Shown piece by piece: positions 54,901 through 64,000 of a DNA stretch of 64,000 nucleotides (positions within the stretch are counted from its first letter, which is position 1; each line of letters starts with the position of its first letter). The notes under the pieces were generated by a model that saw nothing but the letters and a program-made list of their open reading frames with translations, had not been told where the DNA came from and ran no database searches. The position numbers were made by a program, and so were the translations under genes. The stretch is from Nemertoderma westbladi (Eukaryota; Animalia; Xenacoelomorpha). The stretch is taken from contig JAUCBJ010005092.1 in NCBI GenBank assembly GCA_032718475.1, positions 31,315-95,314 on the forward strand, given 5' to 3'.

Positions 54901-57900
54901 ATCAGCTGAGCAACCAGAGGCCATACACTAATGGTAGCAGAAGTCTTCTACATGAGCTGAGCAACCCGAGGCCATACACTAATGGTAACAGAAGTCTTCT
55001 ACATGAGCAGAGCAACCCGAGGCCATACACTAATGGTAGCAGAAGTCTTCTACATGAGCTGAGCAACCAGAGGCCATACACTAATGGTAGCAGAAGTCTT
55101 CTACATGAGCTGAGCAACCCGAGGCCATACACTAATGGTAACAGAAGTCTTCTATATGAGCTGAGCAACCAGAGGCCATACACTAATGGTAGCAGAAGTC
55201 TTCTACATGAGCAGAGCAACCAGAGGCCATACACTAATGGTAACAGAAGTCTTCTACATGAGCTGAGCAACCAGTGGTCATCCACTAATGGTAGCAGAAG
55301 TCTTCTACATGAGCAGAGCAACCAGAGGCCATACACTAATGGTAGCAGAAGTCTTCTACATGAGCAGAGCAACCAGAGGCCATACACTAATGGTAACAGA
55401 AGTCTTCTACATGAGCTGAGCAACCCGAGGCCATACACTAATGGTAGCAGAAGTCCTCTACATGAGCTGAGCAACCAGAGGCCATACACTAATGGTAACA
55501 GAAGTCTTCTACATGAGCAGAGCAACCCGAGGCCATACACTAATGGTAGCAGAAGTCTTCTACATGAGCTGAGCAACCAGAGGCCATACACTAATGGTAG
55601 CAGAAGTCTTCTACATGAGCTGAGCAACCAGTGGCCATACACTAATGGTATCAGAAGTCTTCTACATGAGCTGAGCAACCCGAGGCCATACACTAATGGT
55701 AGCAGAAGTCTTCTACATGAGCTGAGCAACCCGAGGCCATACACTAATGGTAGCAGAAGTCTTCTACATGAGCTGAGCAACCAGAGGCCATACACTAATG
55801 GTAGCAGAAGTCTTCTATATGAGCTGAGCAACCAGAGGCCATACACTAATGGTAGCAGAAGTCTTCTACATGAGCTGAGCAACCCGAGGCCATACACTAA
55901 TGGTATCAGAAGTCTTCTACATGAGCTGAGCAACCCGAGGCCATACACTAATGGTAACAGAAGTCTTCTACATGAGCTGAGTAACCAGAGGCCATACACT
56001 AATGGTAGCAGTAGTCTTCTACATGAGCTGAGCAACCAGTGGCCATACACTAATGGTAGCAGAAGTCTTCTACATGAGCTGAGCAACCCGAGGCCATACA
56101 CTAATGGTAGCAGAAGTCTTCTACATGAGCTGAGCAACCAGTGGCCATACACTAATGGTATCAGAAGTCTTCTACATGAGCTGAGCAACCCGAGGCCATA
56201 CACTAATGGTAGCAGAAGTCTTCTACATGAGCTGAGCAACCCGAGGCCATACACTAATGGTAACAGAAGTCTTCTATATGAGCTGAGCAACCCGAGGCCA
56301 TACACTAATGGTAACAGAAGTCTTCTATATGAGCTGAGCAACCCGAGGCCATACACTAATGGTAGCAGAAGTCTACATGAGCTGAGCAACCAGAGGCCAT
56401 ACACTAATGGTAGCAGAAGTCTTCTACATGAGCTGAGCAACCAGAGGTCATACACTAATGGTATCAGAAGTCTTCTACATGAGCTGAGCAACCAGAGGCC
56501 ATACACTAATGGTATCAGAAGTCTTCTATATGAGCTGAGCAACCCGAGGCCATACACTAATGGTATCAGAAGTCTTCTACATGAGCTGAGCAACCCGAGG
56601 CCATACACTAATGGTAGCAGAAGTCTTCTACATGAGCTGAGCAACCAGTGGCCATACACTAATGGTATCAGAAGTCTTCTACATGAGCTGAGCAACCCGA
56701 GGCCATACACTAATGGTATCAGAAGTCTTCTACATGAGCTGAGCAACCCGAGGCCATACACTAATGGTAGCAGAAGTCTTCTACATGAGCTGAGCAACCA
56801 GTGGCCATACACTAATGGTATCAGAAGTCTTCTACATGAGCTGAGCAACCCGAGGCCATACACTAATGGTATCAGAAGTCTTCTACATGAGCTGAGCAAC
56901 CCGAGGCCATACACTAATGGTAACAGAAGTCTTCTACATGAGCTGAGTAACCAGAGGCCATACACTAATGGTAGCAGTAGTCTTCTACATGAGCTGAGCA
57001 ACCAGTGGCCATACACTAATGGTAGCAGAAGTCTTCTACATGAGCTGAGCAACCAGTGGCCATACACTAATGGTAACAGAAGTCTTCTATATGAGCTGAG
57101 CAACCCGAGGCCATACACTAATGGTAGCAGAAGTCTTCTACATGAGCTGAGCAACCCGAGGCCATACACTAATGGTAGCAGAAGTCTTCTACATGAGCTG
57201 AGCAACCCGAGGCCATACACTAATGGTAACAGAAGTCTTCTACATTAGCTGAGCAACCAGTGGCCATACACTAATGGTAGCAGAAGTCTTCTACATGAGC
57301 TGAGCAACCAGTGGCCATACACTAATGGTAACAGAAGTCTTCTATATGAGCTGAGCAACCCGAGGCCATACACTAATGGTAGCAGAAGTCTTCTACATGA
57401 GCTGAGCAACCAGAGGCCATACAGTAATGGTAACAGAAGTCTTCTACATTAGCTGAGCAACCAGTGGCCATACACTAATGGTAGCAGAAGTCTTCTACAT
57501 GAGCTGAGCAACCCGAGGCCATACACTAATGGTAGCAGAAGTCTTCTACATGAGCTGAGCAACCCGAGGCCATACACTAATGGTAGCAGAAGTCTTCTAC
57601 ATGAGCTGAGCAACCCGAGGCCATACACTAATGGTAGCAGAAGTCTTCTACATGAGCTGAGCAACCAGAGGCCATACACTAATGGTAGCAGAAGTCTTCT
57701 ACATGAGCTGAGCAACCAGAGGCCATACACTAATGGTAGCAGAAGTCTTCTACATGAGCTGAGCAACCCGAGGCCATACACTAATGGTAGCAGAAGTCTT
57801 CTACATGAGCTGAGCAACCAGAGGCCAGGCCATACACTAATGGTAGCAGAAGTCTTCTATATGAGCTGAGCAACCAGAGGCCATACACTAATGGTAGCAG

Positions 57901-60900
57901 AAGTCTTCTACATGAGCTGAGCAACCAGAGGCCATACACTAATGGTAACAGAAGTCTTCTACATGAGCTGAGCAACCAGTGGCCATACACTAATGGTAGC
58001 AGAAGTCTTCTACATGAGCTGAGCAACCCGAGGCCATACACTAATGGTAGCAGAAGTCTTCTACATGAGCTGAGCAACCAGTGGCCATACACTAATGGTA
58101 GCAGAAGTCTTCTACATGAGCTGAGCAACCCGAGGCCATACACTAATGGTAGCAGAAGTCTTCTACATGAGCTGAGCAACCAGAGGCCATACACTAATGG
58201 TAGCAGAAGTCTTCTACATGAGCTGAGCAACCAGAGGCCATACACTAATGGTAGCAGAAGTCTTCTACATGAGCTGAGCAACCAGAGGCCATACACTAAT
58301 GGTAGCAGAAGTCTTCTACATGAGCTGAGCAACCCGAGGCCATACACTAATGGTAGCAGAAGTCTTCTACATGAGCTGAGCAACCCGAGGCCATACACTA
58401 ATGGTAGCAGAAGTCTTCTACATGAGCTGAGCAACCAGAGGCCATACACTAATGGTAGCAGAAGTCTTCTACATGAGCTGAGCAACCAGAGGCCATACAC
58501 TAATGGTAGCAGAAGTCTTCTACATGAGCTGAGCAACCAGAGGCCATACACTAATGGTAGCAGAAGTCTTCTACATGAGCTGAGCAACCCGAGGCCATAC
58601 ACTAATGGTAGCAGAAGTCTTCTACATGAGCTGAGCAACCAGAGGCCATACACTAATGGTAGCAGAAGTCTTCTACATGAGCTGAGCAACCCGAGGCCAT
58701 ACACTAATGGTAGCAGAAGTCTTCTACATGAGCTGAGCAACCCGAGGCCATACACTAATGGTAGCAGAAGTCTTCTACATGAGCTGAGCAACCAGAGGCC
58801 ATACACTAATGGTAGCAGAAGTCTTCTACATGAGCTGAGCAACCAGAGGCCATACACTAATGGTAGCAGAAGTCTTCTACATGAGCTGAGCAACCCGAGG
58901 CCATACACTAATGGTAGCAGAAGTCTTCTACATGAGCTGAGCAACCAGAGGCCATACACTAATGGTAGCAGAAGTCTTCTACATGAGCTGAGCAACCCGA
59001 GGCCATACACTAATGGTAGCAGAAGTCTTCTACATGAGCTGAGCAACCAGAGGCCATACACTAATGGTAGCAGAAGTCTTCTACATGAGCTGAGCAACCA
59101 GAGGCCATACACTAATGGTAGCAGAAGTCTTCTACATGAGCTGAGCAACCAGAGGCCATACACTAATGGTAGCAGAAGTCTTCTACATGAGCTGAGCAAC
59201 CAGAGGCCATACACTAATGGTAGCAGAAGTCTTCTACATGAGCTGAGCAACCCGAGGCCATACACTAATGGTAGCAGAAGTCTTCTACATGAGCTGAGCA
59301 ACCAGAGGCCATACACTAATGGTAGCAGAAGTCTTCTACATGAGCTGAGCAACCAGAGGCCATACACTAATGGTAGCAGAAGTCTTCTACATGAGCTGAG
59401 CAACCAGAGGCCATACACTAATGGTAGCAGAAGTCTTCTACATGAGCTGAGCAACCAGAGGCCATACACTAATGGTAGCAGAAGTCTTCTACATGAGCTG
59501 AGCAACCAGAGGCCATACACTAATGGTAGCAGAAGTCTTCTACATGAGCTGAGCAACCAGAGGCCATACACTAATGGTAGCAGAAGTCTTCTACATGAGC
59601 TGAGCAACCAGAGGCCATACACTAATGGTAGCAGAAGTCTTCTACATGAGCTGAGCAACCCGAGGCCATACACTAATGGTAGCAGAAGTCTTCTACATGA
59701 GCTGAGCAACCCGAGGCCATACACTAATGGTAGCAGAAGTCTTCTACATGAGCTGAGCAACCAGAGGCCATACACTAATGGTAGCAGAAGTCTTCTACAT
59801 GAGCTGAGCAACCAGAGGCCATACACTAATGGTAGCAGAAGTCTTCTACATGAGCTGAGCAACCAGAGGCCATACACTAATGGTAGCAGAAGTCTTCTAC
59901 ATGAGCTGAGCAACCAGAGGCCATACACTAATGGTAGCAGAAGTCTTCTACATGAGCTGAGCAACCAGAGGCCATACACTAATGGTAGCAGAAGTCTTCT
60001 ACATGAGCTGAGCAACCAGAGGCCATACACTAATGGTAGCAGAAGTCTTCTACATGAGCTGAGCAACCAGAGGCCATACACTAATGGTAGCAGAAGTCTT
60101 CTACATGAGCTGAGCAACCAGAGGCCATACACTAATGGTAGCAGAAGTCTTCTACATGAGCTGAGCAACCAGAGGCCATACACTAATGGTAGCAGAAGTC
60201 TTCTACATGAGCTGAGCAACCAGAGGCCATACACTAATGGTAGCAGAAGTCTTCTACATGAGCTGAGCAACCAGAGGCCATACACTAATGGTAGCAGAAG
60301 TCTTCTACATGAGCTGAGCAACCAGAGGCCATACACTAATGGTAGCAGAAGTCTTCTACATGAGCTGAGCAACCAGAGGCCATACACTAATGGTAGCAGA
60401 AGTCTTCTACATGAGCTGAGCAACCAGAGGCCATACACTAATGGTAGCAGAAGTCTTCTACATGAGCTGAGCAACCAGAGGCCATACACTAATGGTAGCA
60501 GAAGTCTTCTACATGAGCTGAGCAACCCGAGGCCATACACTAATGGTAGCAGAAGTCTTCTACATGAGCTGAGCAACCAGAGGCCATACACTAATGGTAG
60601 CAGAAGTCTTCTACATGAGCTGAGCAACCAGAGGCCATACACTAATGGTAGCAGAAGTCTTCTACATGAGCTGAGCAACCCGAGGCCATACACTAATGGT
60701 AGCAGAAGTCTTCTACATGAGCTGAGCAACCAGAGGCCATACACTAATGGTAGCAGAAGTCTTCTACATGAGCTGAGCAACCAGAGGCCATACACTAATG
60801 GTAGCAGAAGTCTTCTACATGAGCTGAGCAACCAGAGGCCATACACTAATGGTAGCAGAAGTCTTCTACATGAGCTGAGCAACCAGAGGCCATACACTAA

Positions 60901-63756
60901 TGGTAGCAGAAGTCTTCTACATGAGCTGAGCAACCAGAGGCCATACACTAATGGTAGCAGAAGTCTTCTACATGAGCTGAGCAACCAGAGGCCATACACT
61001 AATGGTAGCAGAAGTCTTCTACATGAGCTGAGCAACCAGAGGCCATACACTAATGGTAGCAGAAGTCTTCTACATGAGCTGAGCAACCGAGGCCATACAC
61101 TAATGGTAGCAGAAGTCTTCTACATGAGCTGAGCAACCGAGGCCATACACTAATGGTAGCAGAAGTCTTCTACATGAGCTGAGCAACCAGAGGCCATACA
61201 CTAATGGTAGCAGAAGTCTTCTACATGAGCTGAGCAACCAGAGGCCATACACTAATGGTAGCAGAAGTCTTCTACATGAGCTGAGCAACCCGAGGCCATA
61301 CACTAATGGTAGCAGAAGTCTTCTACATGAGCTGAGCAACCAGAGGCCATACACTAATGGTAGCAGAAGTCTTCTACATGAGCTGAGCAACCAGAGGCCA
61401 TACACTAATGGTAGCAGAAGTCTTCTACATGAGCTGAGCAACCAGAGGCCATACACTAATGGTAGCAGAAGTCTTCTACATGAGCTGAGCAACCAGAGGC
61501 CATACACTAATGGTAGCAGAAGTCTTCTACATGAGCTGAGCAACCAGAGGCCATACACTAATGGTAGCAGAAGTCTTCTACATGAGCTGAGCAACCAGAG
61601 GCCATACACTAATGGTAGCAGAAGTCTTCTACATGAGCTGAGCAACCAGAGGCCATACACTAATGGTAGCAGAAGTCTTCTACATGAGCTGAGCAACCAG
61701 AGGCCATACACTAATGGTAGCAGAAGTCTTCTACATGAGCTGAGCAACCAGAGGCCATACACTAATGGTAGCAGAAGTCTTCTACATGAGCTGAGCAACC
61801 AGAGGCCATACACTAATGGTAGCAGAAGTCTTCTACATGAGCTGAGCAACCAGAGGCCATACACTAATGGTAGCAGAAGTCTTCTACATGAGCTGAGCAA
61901 CCAGAGGCCATACACTAATGGTAGCAGAAGTCTTCTACATGAGCTGAGCAACCAGAGGCCATACACTAATGGTAGCAGAAGTCTTCTACATGAGCTGAGC
62001 AACCAGAGGCCATACACTAATGGTAGCAGAAGTCTTCTACATGAGCTGAGCAACCAGAGGCCATACACTAATGGTAGCAGAAGTCTTCTACATGAGCTGA
62101 GCAACCAGAGGCCATACACTAATGGTAGCAGAAGTCTTCTACATGAGCTGAGCAACCAGAGGCCATACACTAATGGTAGCAGAAGTCTTCTACATGAGCT
62201 GAGCAACCAGAGGCCATACACTAATGGTAGCAGAAGTCTTCTACATGAGCTGAGCAACCCGAGGCCATACACTAATGGTAGCAGAAGTCTTCTACATGAG
62301 CTGAGCAACCAGAGGCCATACACTAATGGTAGCAGAAGTCTTCTACATGAGCTGAGCAACCAGAGGCCATACACTAATGGTAGCAGAAGTCTTCTACATG
62401 AGCTGAGCAACCAGAGGCCATACACTAATGGTAGCAGAAGTCTTCTACATGAGCTGAGCAACCAGAGGCCATACACTAATGGTAGCAGAAGTCTTCTACA
62501 TGAGCTGAGCAACCAGAGGCCATACACTAATGGTAGCAGAAGTCTTCTACATGAGCTGAGCAACCAGAGGCCATACACTAATGGTAGCAGAAGTCTTCTA
62601 CATGAGCTGAGCAACCAGAGGCCATACACTAATGGTAGCAGAAGTCTTCTACATGAGCTGAGCAACCAGAGGCCATACACTAATGGTAGCAGAAGTCTTC
62701 TACATGAGCTGAGCAACCAGAGGCCATACACTAATGGTAGCAGAAGTCTTCTACATGAGCTGAGCAACCAGAGGCCATACACTAATGGTAGCAGAAGTCT
62801 TCTACATGAGCTGAGCAACCAGAGGCCATACACTAATGGTAGCAGAAGTCTTCTACATGAGCTGAGCAACCAGAGGCCATACACTAATGGTAGCAGAAGT
62901 CTTCTACATGAGCTGAGCAACCAGAGGCCATACACTAATGGTAGCAGAAGTCTTCTACATGAGCTGAGCAACCAGAGGCCATACACTAATGGTAGCAGAA
63001 GTCTTCTACATGAGCTGAGCAACCAGAGGCCATACACTAATGGTAGCAGAAGTCTTCTACATGAGCTGAGCAACCCGAGGCCATACACTAATGGTAGCAG
63101 AAGTCTTCTACATGAGCTGAGCAACCAGAGGCCATACACTAATGGTAGCAGAAGTCTTCTACATGAGCTGAGCAACCCGAGGCCATACACTAATGGTAGC
63201 AGAAGTCTTCTACATGAGCTGAGCAACCAGAGGCCATACACTAATGGTAGCAGAAGTCTTCTACATGAGCTGAGCAACCAGAGGCCATACACTAATGGTA
63301 GCAGAAGTCTTCTACATGAGCTGAGCAACCCGAGGCCATACACTAATGGTAGCAGAAGTCTTCTACATGAGCTGAGCAACCAGAGGCCATACACTAATGG
63401 TAGCAGAAGTCTTCTACATGAGCTGAGCAACCAGAGGCCATACACTAATGGTAGCAGAAGTCTTCTACATGAGCTGAGCAACCAGAGGCCATACACTAAT
63501 GGTAGCAGAAGTCTTCTACATGAGCTGAGCAACCAGAGGCCATACACTAATGGTAGCAGAAGTCTTCTACATGAGCTGAGCAACCAGAGGCCATACACTA
63601 ATGGTAGCAGAAGTCTTCTACATGAGCTGAGCAACCAGAGGCCATACACTAATGGTAGCAGAAGTCTTCTACATGAGCTGAGCAACCAGAGGCCATACAC
63701 TAATGGTAGCAGAAGTCTTCTACATGAGCTGAGCAACCAGAGGCCATACACTAATG
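3946..63756. repeat. 51-bp satellite/minisatellite tandem array, 1173 units, ~59.8 kb, complete with both flanks
   Basis: Uninterrupted head-to-tail units, mostly within 0-3 substitutions of consensus. Length 59811 bp plus a net 12 bp lost to indels (-3, +7, -16, -3, +5, -1, -1) gives 59823 = 1173 x 51. No spacers, inversions or foreign insertions were seen. Confidence 0.97.
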
Positions 63757-64000
63757 GTAATTTTATTACAAATAGACCAAAATTGGATCGAAGCTGATTG
63801 TTCTAGAATTCTTAGCAGTCTTTGAGCACCATGCAATGTTTCTGACATCAAACAAAGTCTATCAGCCATTAATAATTAACAACAGAATATTAGTTCGGGC
63901 TCAAGATACTGTATGATTGATAAGCCTCGATATCCGAAAGAAACCAACAGTAGTGGTGAGCAATGCGCGCGTGTGTAACTGTGTAAGGGTCACTTACTAC

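Noticed and set aside
5598-57248. Giant + strand ORFs (up to 6036 aa) as real CDS
   Set aside because: Pure 17-aa repeat with starts supplied by variant TTG/ATG codons inside units. There is no non-repetitive domain or signal peptide, and the frame has multiple amplified stop alleles and frameshifts.
4007-63751. Leu-rich - strand ORFs resembling membrane or leucine-rich-repeat proteins
   Set aside because: Antisense reading of the same satellite. They lack the LxxLxLxxN consensus and are interrupted wherever the CATTAG/CATCAG alleles occur.
3946-63756. CRISPR array
   Set aside because: Units are contiguous with no unique spacers, there are no cas genes, and the context is eukaryotic (LINE present).
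3946-63756. Telomeric repeat tract
   Set aside because: Unique sequence lies on both sides and there is no G-rich short telomerase-type motif.
3946-63756. Hammerhead-ribozyme satellite (retrozyme-like)
   Set aside because: I could not find the CUGANGA and GAAA core boxes in the consensus on either strand.
63760-64000. Right flank as the terminus of a transposon carrying the array
   Set aside because: No terminal inverted repeat or TSD matching the left flank was seen beyond the 4-bp GGTA shared with the unit. Only 240 bp are available.

Overview
AT-rich eukaryotic (probably animal) genomic DNA with no intact gene visible. About 93% of the window (3946-63756) is one complete head-to-tail array of a 51-bp unit (consensus GTAGCAGAAGTCTTCTACATGAGCTGAGCAACCAGAGGCCATACACTAATG), and both junctions with unique DNA are captured. 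After correcting for the seven visible indels, the array is exactly 1173 units. The giant ORFs on both strands follow from the 51-bp (17-codon) period; they carry scattered stops and frameshifts and are not called as genes. The array is internally structured: regional variant domains, block duplications offset by 11-161 units, multi-allelic sites and a nearly homogeneous 3' terminal ~5.6 kb. The left flank holds a 5'-truncated, inactivated RTE-like non-LTR retrotransposon (494-1619) with a (TAG)n tail and an unusually long 45-bp target-site duplication. It also holds two diverged, inverted copies of a short non-coding interspersed element with Helentron/DINE-like features.
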